A stretch of DNA of 64,000 nt, taken from positions 114,702,001 to 114,766,000 of the forward strand of contig NC_087436.1 of the NCBI RefSeq assembly GCF_036321535.1. Direction: 5' to 3'. The stretch comes from Camelus dromedarius. Lineage: Eukaryota. Positions 1-13,010 of the stretch are shown piece by piece. The position numbers were made by a program, and so were the translations under genes. Numbering within the stretch: position 1 is the first letter of the stretch; the number at the start of each line of letters is the position of its first letter. The notes beneath the pieces are model-generated. The model saw only the letters and a program-made list of their open reading frames with translations, had not been told where the DNA came from and ran no database searches.

Positions 1-599
1 AACAACAGGAGACATTGCACAGTTCTAAGTCTAATGTGATCTTATCTATGTAAAGACAAATAACAAAATGCATGAGAAAAATCCTAAACAAAAATATGCC
101 AGAATGACAGCAGAGGCTGCCTCTGGGCGGTAGGATAACACATGACTTTTCTTTCTGCATCTTTACTGTTTCTCATACTGTCTAAACTTTCTACTTGACA
201 GAGTCTATAATTTGGACAATCAGAAAAATACACAAAAATAACAATCTTACAACCTAGAGGTCCATGAAAGATAAATGTTGGCCACATGTTTCGTGGGGAT
301 TCAGGGTGGCCTTGTTTTGGGGGCCCACCCTGACCAGATGTCCTCGTGGGAGAGGGAAGCCAGGGCCCCTCCCCTAGGAGAGAGTGAGGCCAGACACACG
401 CCCTCCCTGCCTCCGGGTCTGGGCTGTGCTGCATGGCTGCCCATAAGCCCCAGCTCCTGCCCAAAGTGAACAAGGGAGACTTATACTGACCGGGGGACTC
501 GGATGAGACATGGTCATGCTGAGTGTGAGCAGTCAGGGGAGAGGCTGACGTGAGAGGTCACAGTGTGGGTGGAATCTCAGTCTCTGTGAGCACCACGGC

Positions 600-1020
600 A
601 TAAAGCATGGAAGAGGGGAGAGACGGACCCTGTCAGAGAGATGGTCAGACAGACAGACACAGAGTCATCGTAGAAGATACAGAGACAAGGCAAGGATACA
701 GAGAAAAACAGACGAAGGAGAGGAAGAGACAGAAAGAGATGGGGAGACAAGAGAGAAAGACAGTGAGAGACAGAAGCAAAGAGAGATCATCAGAGGGAGG
801 AAATACAAGGTGTGAGAGAGTGACAGAGAGAGAGAGAAACTGAAGGACCAAAAGAGGCAGAGTCAGGAGACAATGAGCAAAAAACAGGAATAGAAACAGA
901 GACGTACAGAAACAGAGGGAGACACTGCAACCGAGAGTACAGGATGAAAGAGAGAGAAAGACAGAAGTGCAGAGACACGGAGATGATACACAGACAGGGG
1001 CTGGCAAGAGAGGAAGAGGG
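600..1020. repeat. Degenerate (GA/GACA)n purine-rich low-complexity tract
   Basis: Continuous gagacagaga-type units, which explain the pseudo-ORFs at 607-1145. Confidence 0.85.
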
Positions 1021-1304
1021 TGGAAGCGTGGCAAGCAGGGAATGTTCCCGGCAGGCACATCAGAGGATCTGTGTTTATCATGTCCAAGTGGTGGTGCGTG
1101 CTCAGAACCTTTTCGCAGACATGCATGGCCTGTCCTGAAACCCATTTCTTTCCTAGTTACATTCCCAAAGTGTCAGTAATATATTTTTTTAAAGGTTTAA
1201 AAAATCATTTGTATAACAAGCTGTAATTTATGAGGCTCTGCTGTAGTCAGGATTTTCACGATCACTTCCCTCCATTAAGTAGCTAATATTTTGGTTCCTC
1301 AGTG

Positions 1305-1430
1305 AGATTTTAATGCCCATTTTACTTATGTGGAATCTGAGGCCCAGAGGGGCTAAGCACCTTGTCCTCAGGGCATGACTAGCAATCCGCTGAGCTGGAA
1401 TGAAAGCCCCAGCCTCCCACACTCCCAGTT
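1305..1430 (-). mobile_element. MIR SINE
   Basis: cccatttt...tgaggcccagagggg-taag MIR core. Confidence 0.7.
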
Positions 1431-3199
1431 CCGGCGCCACTGCTACCGCACGCCCCGCTGCTTCAGTCCATCGTCGAGTCTTCAGTGCGCCATGCTGGGG
1501 GCTCTGTGTAGAGGGATCGGGAAAACAGCTTAATGCATCAGTAATCATTAAGTACCTGCTGTGTGCAAAGGCACTGGGGTGGTGGTGACACGGTGACAAC
1601 CAAGCCGTGGTTTCCACCCTCAAAATGCTTATGCTCCAGTTGGGAAGACTAAATTAACAGAAACCCATGACAGTCCCTCAGCTGTGCCCTGGGGCTTCTG
1701 GTTGACTTAGTTTGAACACCTACTGTTTTGGTGGCGAAAATCCAGAATCCTCCTTGCAATTTCCAGAAATTCTTGCTCCTCTTCTTCCTCATGGTCTCCT
1801 CTCTTTCTGCTGCTGCAACTCCATGGGCCATGGATTGGCTCTGGACCACTTGGGAAACTGACCGCGGCCCCTTGGCCATTTTATTTATCCAAAAATCTCT
1901 ACTCCTACGGGCACATGCTATGACTTCACCAGTGTTAATGAAGGTTTGGGAGGGAAGGGCAAGAACCCTCTCTCTCAGCGCCTGCTTTTCCCCCCTGCTG
2001 GGCTCGCCACATTGGGCTTTGCTGTCTTCCCAACCCCCTACCCCAGACACGCCTACATCTTGCTGCGCACAGACCCCCAGCCCCCGCCCACCACCTGACA
2101 TAAAGTTCAAGGCCCCTTCCTTTGAGGTTTAGCCTCACCCACCACCTAGCCTTCCCCAGATCTTCTGAAACTGAGGGGCATGCATTTTTCTATGTCCTGT
2201 TATACCTGAAGCAATCAGAGGTGTACCAGGGATCAGTTGTGAGGGCATTGTGAGGCAGAAGGAAAAGAGGAGGGTGAGTGGGAGCTATCAGGGCAGGAGT
2301 GCTGGAAGCCAGGGTTCTAGGGGTGGGTTTCTGGAAAGCTCCAAAGCTCTGGTGGAATTTGCTTTTCAGGATGTGCAGGTTGCTGGGACAGCAACCAACC
2401 ATCCACTTCTCTCTCTGCATCTCCTAGAGCCTGGCTGGAGGGTAAGAGCTACAACTCCTCGCTCCTGACCTCGAGGCCCTCCGTCCCTACGTGGTTGGCT
2501 AGGGATGGCGGGACACAGCAACAAAGCTTGCATTTGTCTCTCTGGAGACTCTGGGTTCTCTCTTTAAGTGCTCACTTTGCTAGAAGACAGAACTTGCTCT
2601 TATTTTCACTTTCAGGACGAGGAAACCAGCCTCCCCTCAGACCTAGCTGGAGGGGCAAAGGCATTTGTATTGCATCTGTTTCCAGCTGCCTTTGAGCATA
2701 GCTCATCTTTTTACACGACCGAGAGTTTAATATTTATCAAATGCAACAATGCATCCAGCCCTGAATGGAAACCGCAACAGCATGGTTCCCGGCCTCCTGG
2801 GCCTCCTTTCCTGGAGGGGGTGATCTCACCCGGGGACCGCCGAAGTCCCCGGGCATGCCTGTCTTCTGTGTGAGGCCCGGGTGAGTCTTTCATTCACATG
2901 TGTGAAAAACGTTCCAGAAATATGTCCGGAGGCTTTCCACCAGCTTCTGCTAACACAGGTGTTATGTCTTCTGGCCTGGGCCAAATTCATATGTTTACAT
3001 TCTTATTTTTCAGTCATCTAGTTTAATATATACCTAAATAGTCACCCACCACAAGTGAAGTTTTAAAAATAAGGCCCCAGAAAAGAGAGGGAGAAGGAGA
3101 GGAGGACGTGCGGACAAGACTGGGGTCTGCAGCCCCGTGGCCCAGGGTCCCCTGGCTGCGTCCATGGAGCAGCAGGCAGCTGCTGGGGCAGCTCAATTT

Positions 3200-3510
3200 C
3201 AAAGAACCTCTATTTCCACATCTGTAACATGTGGATGATAATAATCCCCCTTACTGACCTTACAGACTTGTCATGAGGATCAGAGCTGCTGATGGACTTG
3301 AAAGTGCTTTGAAAACAGCCATATCCACAGCGATCATGGCTATTTCCTGGGCATCTACTTTGTGCCCGGCATGGGAATAGCACTGGCAGAGATTATCTGG
3401 TTGAGTCTCCACAGCCACTATAGGAGGTAGATGCTTTTAGTCCTGTTTTACAGGAGAGGAAACGGAGACATCATAGGATTAAGTAAATTACCCAAGATCA
3501 CACATCTTGT
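3200..3510. mobile_element. Two opposed MIR fragments
   Basis: tttccacatctgtaa..gatgataata (+) and ttttacaggagaggaaac...cccaagatcacac (-). Confidence 0.65.
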
Positions 3511-3634
3511 TAAGAAAATGTAAGCCTTCTAATCCCTGAGCACGAGCAGTTTTTAAACTTTCTTCCTCCTCTTCTTCTTCAGGTTTTTCTTCTTCTCCTT
3601 CTCCTCCTGCCCCGGCCCCTCTTCTTGTAAATGA

Positions 3635-4012
3635 TGTGATAATCATTAGGATTGTTCACCAAATCCCTCTCTGCTTGGCAAGTTTGTGATTCTCTGCCCT
3701 TGTTAAAATCAGCCACAGCCATGTGACTGGCTTTGGCCAATGGCATTTGAACAGAAGTGACATATGTCCCTTCTGGACAGAAACTAAAAAAAGTCTGTGC
3801 ATGGTTTTCCACATTCCCTTCTCACTTCTGGAAACATGTATTGAGTTGTATCTGTTAGAGTAACAGAGCCCTCCCCTAGCCTGTCCCATCACATCCATCT
3901 GCCCTGGAGATGTGCGTAAGGGTAAAATATCTGTGTGTTTGTGTCTGTAAAATCTCAGAGATTTGGAGTTGTTTGTTACTGCAGCCTAACTGAGCCCATC
4001 CTGACTGATACA
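3635..4012 (+). mobile_element. MaLR LTR (MLT1I/J-like)
   Basis: TG start, ccatgtgactggctttggccaatgg motif, terminal ttgttactgcagcctaac...cctgactgataCA. Confidence 0.75.
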
Positions 4013-4943
4013 GGTAGCAGACCTGGTGGCGAAAGCATTAACAGGGAAAAGAGCAGATTGTTGTAACAGGGATGGCACTGACTGGAGCGGGAGTCTCTGA
4101 ATTTGTGTACAGCTCTCAATGTGCGTGGTAAACTTGGGCATCTCAGTATATTATATTGGAATACAAGGGAGGGAGAGTCATATACCTCAGGAATGATCAG
4201 GAGACAGCAGGCAGAAGTCACGGTATTCCTAGCAGGATCCAGGAAATACTACTGTGTTATGTAAAAAAAAAAAAAAAAAAAGTTTATTATTCTCTGTTAA
4301 GTTTCACACCACCTAAAATGAGATAAAGACAAGAAGCAAATGCACTAAATAGTTGAGAAACAATTTTTTTTTAGAAAAATGTAAATGCTTTTCTATGTAT
4401 TTATTTAATTCCCCATCACCGAGTCATACCACCTACCCAATAGAAAGATTTTTCAATTTTTGGATTTTTTTCATTGGAACACCTTGTCCTGTCCGGTCCC
4501 AAGACGCCAGTGTTCTGTGGGTACATGGCTCAAGGACAGCTAGACTAAATTAATGACTTCCCCTCTCTTCTGTTACAATGCCCTCAAATTCTGAGTCCAT
4601 GAACCTCAAACCTTTCCTCATGTCCTTTTGGAACTCTTTTTTTTTTTTTTTTTCTTTAACAATAATGCCACTTGTGGCTAGTCAGGTGACAGATGGCTAA
4701 GCTAACTCTGGAGGCTTGGAAAAAATGTAAAATAGACAGGTTAAGAAAATGAGAAGGAAGCCCAGTGTGCTTTTAGGCAGACTGAGCGGGGAGATCTGTA
4801 CAGCGTGAGCCAGAGAGTGGGCATTGCAGGGTCTAGGTCTCCTCAGCACGTCTAAGATAGACCCGCTTCTGTTCATTGCCATGACCACTGTCAACTGTTG
4901 CCTGAACTGTGTCAATAATCTCCCAGAAAGTATCCTTGCTGCC

Positions 4944-5110
4944 CAGGGCTGGAGCCGGGGGGAGGCCAGGGAAGTACCTAGGACTTAACATTTAAGGAAG
5001 CACTCATACTTGGGTGTTGACTCCCAGCTTGCACAGCCAGGAGAGTGAGTGCTTCTTTCAATGTTTTGCACTAGGTGCCTCCCTTGCCGCCTCCTCCTGT
5101 CCGCACTGCT
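4944..5110. mobile_element. Palindromic hAT MITE (MER96-like)
   Basis: cagggctgg...tttaaggaagcactca...gagtgagtgcttcttt...ttttgcactaggtgcctc inverted arms. Confidence 0.65.
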
Positions 5111-5216
5111 GCCAGGCTTGCCTCCTCCCATCACGGTCCACGCCACAGTTAGAACAAAATAGGAATCTGATTCAGGATGAAGTTACACTTTCTTGTTCAT
5201 TCATCAGTTCATGGAG

Positions 5217-5325
5217 TTTTTTCTTTTTTTCTTTTTTCTTTTGTTATTGGAGGTACTAGGACTTGAACCCAGGACCTGGTGCATGCTAAGCACATGCTCT
5301 ACCACTGAGCTCTATCCCCGACCCC
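5217..5325 (-). mobile_element. tRNA-Ala-derived SINE (camelid vic-1-like)
   Basis: Reverse complement GGGGATAGAGCTCAGTGGTAGAGCATGTGCTTAGCATGCACCAGGTCCTGGGTTCAAGTCCTAGTACCTCCA with A and B boxes and an A-rich tail, flanked by near-duplicate TCAT(G/T)GAGTTTT. Confidence 0.85.
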
Positions 5326-5329
5326 TCAT

Positions 5330-6310
5330 TGAGTTTTTGATTGATTGAGCCATTCATTCAACACACGTCGAGCCAGGCACTGTGCTAGATGCTGGATTAG
5401 AATGATGAGCAAGACTGCCTGTGTTCCTGTCCTCCTGCTGCTGACATCTGAGTGAGAAAGACAGACAGGACACTGTGAACAAAAAGAAACAGAAAGACAT
5501 GATGAACTCTAAGTGCTGGAAAAGAAACAAACAAGGGTTGAGGTGTCAAAAGGGCGAGGGCAGGACTGAACTTGGATGTTCACTCCTTGGACTGGACAAC
5601 GAAGCCCTCCCTGAAGAGGTGACAGACAGGCTCGAAGGTCGAGAAGCCAGAGTGTGAAATGAATTCCAGGCGGAGGGGACAGCACATATAAAGACCCTGG
5701 GGCAGGGGCTGGTTTGGAATGTTCAAGAAGTGGAGTGGAAACCAATGCCATGTGTGGAGTGGGAAAGGTGGAACCCGGGAGCATGGGCCAGACTGCACTG
5801 TGGAAGCACTTCAAGTTTGGCTCAAAGTGCAACGAAAGGACGTGAAAGTGATGCAGAGGGCTCGTGTGGCTAGATCAATATTTTACAGCGTTATTTCATC
5901 TGCTATGTGGAGCCTAGTGTCAAAGGGGAACAGACTGGACAGAGAAGATCAGCGTGGAGGCAAGAGACACTGGTAGTCTGGACCTGGGCGTAGGCACTGG
6001 AGATAGAAGAGAACAAAGGCAATTAGCATTCTGGTGAGCGATGGACAGAAGCCATTGGATGTGGGTGTGAGTTGGGAGTGACTGGTGAGGGAAGCAGAAG
6101 GGTCAGGAACTCTAGGAGCTCCCTGCATCAATGAGAAGATGTGGAAGGGAGGGGAGGAACAGGTGCACGTCTGCGGCAGTAAATCCGTAAGACTCCTGCA
6201 GGTTAGTATATGTTTGAGGAACTGTTAGACATCCAGATGAAGATGTCAGGCAGCCGGCTGGCGGTGGGAATAGGCAAGGGCTACAAGTGTGAACTTGGGA
6301 GTCAACAGCT
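5330..6310 (-). mobile_element. L2 LINE 3' region (degenerate)
   Basis: cattcattcaac...gccaggcactgtgctagatgctgg L2 tail followed by the typical purine-rich L2 body. Confidence 0.7.
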
Positions 6311-6349
6311 CACACTTTAAAAGACAGATGGCACTGAAAGTCGTAGGAA

Positions 6350-6600
6350 AACTTCCTGCTTCTGGCCAAGATGGAGTAATAGGAACCAGATTTACCCTCA
6401 CATTCGACAGAACGAAAAACTGGACAGAATGTAAGAAATGAGTTTTCATACGAGAAATATTCAGCAGCAGAGGGCAGTGGCTCTGAGGGTGAGCCATCAC
6501 ACGAGGTGGGCTGTGATGTCCTGGTTTCCTGCCTGGAGAGTTTCCAGGGGGCGATGTAGGGATGGGGGAGCCAGGCAGAGTCTGGCGGTGTCCCTGAGTT
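6350..6600 (+). mobile_element. Ancient L1M/HAL1-type 5' end fragment
   Basis: cttctggccaagatggagtaataggaaccagatttaccctc with YY1-type AAGATGG. A homologous inverted copy lies at ~23480-23845. Confidence 0.55.
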
Positions 6601-7753
6601 GAAATGACAGAGATGGGAGTCCTGGGAGGCCAAGGTGGACAGAGTTTGTGTTGCAGACGGGAGAGCACACAGATGTGCTGTGGCTGTGCCCAGGACCCAG
6701 CTGGCCTCGTGGCGGCCTCCTCTCCCGGCTGACCCAGACCGCAGTCTGATATCTGCACAGCCCCGGGCAGCGGTCACAGCTTTCCGCCTCCTTTCGTGGG
6801 TGGAAGATTCCCACTGAGCTCCAGGTTTCACGCGGCGAGCCTGACACTGGCCCCCATCACCCGACAGGGGCCTCTTTCCCATCGCAGTTGTGGACGGGCT
6901 GGCTGCCCCTGCTGGCTCCTGGCTCGGAGCCCCGCAGGCCTCGAGTCCCTTCCCACTCACTGCTGTTTCTCTTCCATGTGTGGCCTGCAGGGTTTACTGC
7001 CCTTGTTTTGAAACATGATTATGTTTTTTAAAAGCCTTTTATATCTCATTGCTGTTTTTGTTTTTCGTTTTTTACTTTGGCTGGAAAGTAATGGAATAAT
7101 CTCGATTTTTTCCCTTCCTGGGTATCAACGTTGGATTCGCTTTCTTGACATGTGCTCTTCGGGTGATTCTGCAACACCCCTTCCCCTAGTTGTCTCCTAT
7201 CCCACCCCCCACCCCACCCCAGCCTGCCTCACTCTCCCTGTGGAGTGCTCCAGGGACCCACCCTGGCAACAGTCTCTCATCCAGTCCCACTGCTGCGGGT
7301 GCCACATCACTGCCATGGACTCCAGCCCAGGCCACCCCGTGGCACGCCCATTAGGCACTCCTGACTCAACACATTCGAGATCAAACCCTGTAACTTTCAC
7401 CCAAATCTGCTCCTCCATCTGCATTACCTAGTGTGGTAAATGGCACCCCATAAAACCAGATATTTAAGCCAGAAACCTGAGTGCTATCATAGATCTGTCT
7501 CTCTCTCTCTCTCTTTTAAAACTAGCACATCTAATAAATCACTGTTTGACAAGTTTTACACGTGTAACCTACATATATCTTGATCTGCTGGCTCTTGCCT
7601 TGAAGTTAACCTTGGCTTGGATTCATAGAAAAAAAATCCGGCAGTTTGGCCACCAAAAATGAAAATTTAAAATAATTTTAACCTTTACTGAATTCTGTAC
7701 AAAACTAAGGAGAGGTCCCATTCATACTATACAGCAGACTTTGAAATCTTCTA

Positions 7754-7802
7754 ATCTATCTATCTATCTATCCATCTATCCATCTACATCTATCTATGTA
7801 TC
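7754..7802. repeat. (TCTA)n microsatellite
   Basis: Direct reading. Confidence 0.9.
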
Positions 7803-8205
7803 AACTCTCCCTGAGCTACTTCTTTCTTGTTTTTTTTCCTGAAAAGGTCTAAAACTCTTCAAACCCTGCTACTATTTCCAAACCCAAGGATTTTTTATTC
7901 CCCATTCTATTTTTTTGTTTGTTTGTTTTTTTCATGATCTACTCCGGACTCTTTCTGCTGTAAGTCAATCTCATAATTGTCTGTACCTCTCGGGTTTCCC
8001 CCAATTCACATCTCTTTCAGCACCATGAAAGACCAAGGATGGAATAGAGTCATAGACACATCCTTGGAAGGAAAGGAGGGTATTGAAGAGGGAGAATGAA
8101 TTTATCTCAAGTTTAATATTTTCATCTCTCATCACCAAAAACCAATTAAATTTCCTTCACATCTGTTCCCTTCTCTCCATTCCTGCTGTAACAATTACAT
8201 CCCAG

Positions 8206-8696
8206 TGTCAAACACGGTGAAGAGACAGACATTTTTCCCTAATTGGACAACTGAGCCCACCACGGTTTCACTGATGCTGGCAGAAGAGATGTTTCATGGG
8301 TCAAAGACAAAGGACAATTTACTGCTCACAGTAATAGCAGTAGCCAGGGTGGTGGCATCATTGCGCCTTTTCCCTGAGCCCCAGTTCCCCCAGGATGATG
8401 AAGTGAGAGCCAGAAGACACCTGCACACACAGTGAGTTCACGGCAGGAGAGGAACTCTGAGCTTCGGAAACCACACCTTTTATGAGTAAGCATGTCTCCT
8501 CTTTGCTCTGGCAGGTGGTGGGGCAGGGAGACGCTGTCTGTATCTTCCCTTTGTTCTGGAGGAAGATTCTAGTGCTTCCAAGGCTGTTGGACATGCAAAG
8601 GGCCTTGAAAAGGTAGTCCAGAATAGGGAGCAGTCAGTGCCTCACTCACAAGACACCGGGAAACATAAGGAGACCCATGGGAATCGTCTCCTCTCA
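8206..8696 (-). mobile_element. ERVL LTR (MER54/MER74-like)
   Basis: Reverse complement starts TGAGAGGAGACGATTCCCATGGGTCTCC...GAGGCACTGACTGC...CTGGACTACCTTTTCAAGG and ends TGACA. Confidence 0.65.
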
Positions 8697-9159
8697 CCTT
8701 CTCTGGACAATCATCATTTATTGTTGAACTGTTACAGTATCTGCCCAACTGGCCGGCCGGTGCCCAGTCTTGCTGTCTTCTGGCCCATTCTTCCTCAGCT
8801 GCAAGGGCAATCTTTCATAATGCAAATGGGGTCATGCAACTACCATTGTTACAATTCTTCAATGGTCCCTTAGTTCCTACAGGGTAATTTCCTTAGTGTG
8901 CCTCATAAAATAGTTTTTGATTCAGCTTTTGCCTGGCTTTTCAGCCATCTTTTCTATTCTGTGCTGAAAATGTTTGACGTCTAAAAATGACATATAATCC
9001 TTCGGTTAATATTTTCACAGTGACTTTTAGAGCTCCCTCGACATGGGAAGCAATTTACAGGTTAATGGGCTTGAGACAACCTTTATAAACTACTTTGTAA
9101 ACGTGTCAACTATTCTTGCTGAAGTGCATCTCAAATTCTGCTTGTACTGCTTGTATGTG

Positions 9160-9161
<2 letters not shown>

Positions 9162-9193
<32 letters not shown>
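9162..9193. repeat. (TG)n microsatellite
   Basis: Direct reading. Confidence 0.95.
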
Positions 9194-9195
<2 letters not shown>

Positions 9196-10539
9196 CTAAT
9201 GATAGACAAAGGAAATTTAGGAGGAAAATTCTGTAAGCCTAACGAATGGAAGTACATGTTCTATTTATTTTTATTTTTTTTTCTGCAAGGATCTAGGCCT
9301 TGCAGAGATCAACTATAGTTGAATTTGCCTCCTGTCTGTTTCTCACAATGACCTCTGGCTCTGATTTGCAAGTGGGGTTTAAAATCCCCTCGCTAAAGTT
9401 CACACAACTGTCATTTCAGGGGCTTTGCATTTTCTCCCAGTCTGAGCTCTTTTAGACAAATGTCAGTTTTTGGTTATTAGCCTGGTGAGAATTTCTAGAA
9501 ATAAATAAACAGTTTGGAGAAGGAAACCCACTCTGGGAGTGGAGACTGCGAGTCAGTGCCACGTTGGCTTCTGTCCTGAGGCTCTTTTTGACTGAGACTT
9601 AAGGCTGGGAGTGGCCTTGGAGCACTGCTTCCTCACATCCACTGCTGGAATAGAAGTCCCTGCCAGGAAAGGGGTGGTAAAGCGAAGTTTATGTGGGGCA
9701 TTCATGACATACTGAAGCAAATAGATGATTTTTATAATGACTCGAAATTGATGAATTTATCAGGGATTATGACATTTCATAATTGTTGCCTCAAGAGAGA
9801 CCCAGGTCTAACCTATGCTGCCTCCTTATCTCCCATGACAACCCATTGAAGATTTATTATTCCTGCCCTTTGCTGACTGAGTGACCCTAGGTGAGTCACT
9901 GCTGTGCCTCAGCTTTCTACCCATAAAATGGGAACAATAAAACAATGGGATGATTGTGAATATTGAAATGAAATACACAATGTTATGTGAAGTGTACTTT
10001 AAGCTATAAAATGCTATAAAAAACAGAATGTGTATTTTTTGGCTCCTGAAGGCCTACTATTCCCTCTTATGCTGCTCCGCTTTGACCCCAGGCTCTGGCT
10101 GATTTGTATACACAGAGCGAAAGTCATGAACATTTATAAGAAAATTTTATTTTTTTCATCAACAGTTGTTGCAAATGGAAATATTTAAAAACACAATTAA
10201 AAGCATTGCTATTTTTCAAAACTACAGGCAAGCAGTTAAAAAAAATAGAAACCAATTGGCAGTATTAGCTCCAGTCCTTGCCCTGGAATGATGTGAACTT
10301 GACCTGTCATCGCCCAGACGTGCCTCTTCACCCGCCGTTTGCTAGACGGCGAAGTCCTCAGGGTGAACACAGACTTGTCATTCCCCAAGGTCAGCACACT
10401 GTGTGAGTGTGTAAGTGGGCAGTAGATGTTTGTTTACAAAAAAATAAGTGGGCCTTGTTTTCGTCATCTTTAAAGAATTAGACTGGGACTACATCAAGGC
10501 TCTTTTAAGTAAGGCTGGTGACACACTGGGTGGGTTTTG

Positions 10540-10765
10540 AAAGAAATCTTGTGGGCCACAACTAGCATTTTAAAATGCAATAGAAGGGAAGAGTGAAAAA
10601 CGTTAAGAGTAGATTACACACAGTAAGGTAGACATCGCTTTGTGAAATCTTTGTTTCAGTTGTGTGTGTGTGTGGTGGGGGTGGGATGTATGCGCTGGGT
10701 CTAGATGTGAAATACGTATGTTTCTTATTGTCCACTATTGCTGGAAATGTATGAAAAGCACTGGA
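10540..10765. mobile_element. hAT-Charlie (Charlie4-like) fragment
   Basis: ttgtgaaatctttgtttcagttg...ctgggtc..gatgtgaaat..tttcttattgt. An inverted homolog lies at ~21165-21462. Confidence 0.55.
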
Positions 10766-11176
10766 CTAGTCAGTCCTCCCGTCTCTAATGTCACATGACT
10801 GCTGTCACCACCACCATCACCCCTCACATTTGATTAATATTTTACATTTTACAAAAAAATGCTTGCACCCTCCCCTTCATTTGGCCCTCATCAGAACCTG
10901 GAGTGGAGGAGGGACATGTGATTACATTTACTCTTTGCATTCTTCTTGTAGAGGAGGAGAGACTTGTGTCCTCAACTCTTCCTTCTAGAAGGGATTATCT
11001 TTGTCTGGAGAAACCTTTAGACGAGGCCTGGGAAGGATGTCCAGGCTGGAGATGCTCTCAGGAAGAAAGGAGAAGGTCCCTGTGTCCTGTGAAGTGAGCT
11101 GTAGAAGAGGGGGCTTGTGTGCAGGGGGAGGCCAGTGGGGTTGCATGGGAGAGGGGAGGTGGTGAGGTGGAGAGAA

Positions 11177-12012
11177 AATTTTTTTTTTAATGTGTATATA
11201 TTTTTTATTGAAGTATAGTCAGTTTATAATGTTGAGTCAATTTCCGGTGTACAGCATAATGCTTCAGTCATACATGGATGTACATATATTCGTTTTCATA
11301 GTCTTTTTCAGCATAAGTTACTACTATATATTGAATATAGTTCCCTGTGCTATACAGTAGGAACTTATTGTTTATCTATTTTATATATAGTAGCTAGTAT
11401 CTGAAAATCTCAAACTCCCAGTTTATCCCTTCCCACTCCCTTCCCCCACTGGTGACCATAAGTTTGTTTTCTATGTCTGTGAGTCTGTTTCTATTTTATG
11501 TCTAAGTTCATTTGTCTTTTTTTTTTTTTTTTTAGATTCCACATATAAGTGATATCATATGGTATTTTTCTCTTTCTGGCTTACTTCACTTAGAATGATG
11601 ATCTCCAGGTCTATCCATGTTGCTGCAAATGGCATCATTTTTTCTTTTTTATGGCTGAGTAGTATTCCATTGTATAAATATATTACAACTTCTTTATCCA
11701 GTCATCTGTCGATGGACATTTAGATTGTTTCCATGTCTTGGCTACTATATATAGTGCCTCTATGAACATTAGGGTGCGTGTATCTTTTTGAATTGAGATT
11801 CCCTCTGGATATATGCCCAGGAGTGGGATTACTGGATCATATGGTAAATCCATTTTCAGTCTTTTGAGGAATCTCCATACTGTTTTCCATAATGGCTGCA
11901 CCAAACTGCATTCCCACCAGCAGCGTAGGAGGGTTTCCTTTTCTCCACACCGTCTCCAGCATTTATCATTTGTGCACTTTTTATTGTTGGCCATTCTGGT
12001 GTGAGGTGATGA
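11177..12012 (-). mobile_element. 5'-truncated L1 (ORF2 C-terminus plus 3'UTR)
   Basis: Poly-T tail. ORF 11683-12105 carries [34 protein letters not shown]...[13 protein letters not shown]. Confidence 0.95.
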
Positions 12013-12809
12013 TGGAACCTTGGAGAAGCTGGGCTCCGTAGTGGAATCTGCTGTGATGGCATGAGCTGACCTTCTTCCCAGGACTCCACCAACTTTCAGA
12101 TACAATCACTAAACGGTCATGAACTTCTGCTGTGATTGGATTTCTTGTGGAAACTAGCACAGAGCTGACTTCTGCATGGAGTTGTAGCCAAAGTCAAAGC
12201 AGAAACAGTCTCTGTGGATGAGGAGAGAGCAAGCATCTGGGTGACAGATCAAGAGACTGAGGGTCAGAGAGGCCTATGACAGCTTCTCAAAAAGAAGCTG
12301 GGTGGTTGACCAGAGGTGCTTAGTCAGCTTTGTGCTAGATGAAATGAAGGACAAGAACCCCCTATTCTGTTTCTGTAAAGTGTTTTTAAAACTGATATAG
12401 ATCTATGTACTTGAGGCTCAAATGTGGTGTTGGCTGGGGAGGGGGGTAGTCCACACGTAAGTTAGCAGAAAATGGTCAACAAGAAAGACACAGGCTACCT
12501 CAGCTGGAGAAGAGCACCTTTCTTTCTTTCTTTTTTTTTTTTTTTTTGGAGTACAGATAATAACTGAGAGTTGTTGCCATGTCCCCAGTGGGGCAGAATT
12601 TTCTGTTAGTGCTGAAAATCAGGTGATCTCTATTATGCTTCCCACTGCTATACTGCGGAGATGAAAAAGTCAGAAGTCACCCTCAGTCACAGACATCTGC
12701 AGCAGGCACACTTACAGGGTGTCTAGAGAAAGGTGACAGGTGTCCCCAAGTTTTGGCATGGCAGGGAGCTGCACTGTGGCCATCAGGAAAGGAATGGTGA
12801 GAACCACAA

Positions 12810-13010
12810 AAATACAGCGAACACACTACTGTATGTAAAATAAACAACAAGGACCTACTGTATAGCACAGGGAGCTATATTCAATATCTTGACCTATAAT
12901 GGGAAAGCTCTGAAAAATAATAAAATAATATATGTATCTGAATCACTTTGCCATACCCTGAAACTAGCACAGTGTTGTAAATCAACTATGCTTAAACGAA
13001 AAAATAATAG
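12810..13010 (+). mobile_element. L1 3'UTR fragment
   Basis: aaacaacaaggacctactgtatagcacagggagctatattcaatatc, a cetartiodactyl-type L1 3' end. Confidence 0.85.

Noticed and set aside
607..1145. ORFs of 78-166 aa, one Arg/Glu-rich and one hydrophobic
   Set aside because: Artefacts of the GA-rich low-complexity tract.
1649..2132. Overlapping 153-aa and 134-aa ORFs, one signal-peptide-like
   Set aside because: No recognisable family, non-ATG start for the plus ORF and no convincing exon structure.
5248..5319. tRNA-Ala gene
   Set aside because: Mismatched stems, an A-rich tail and a TSD indicate a SINE.
6246..7431. Longest ORFs (170, 216 and 138 aa)
   Set aside because: They overlap L2/L1M remnants and GC-rich sequence where long ORFs arise by chance; no homology recognised.
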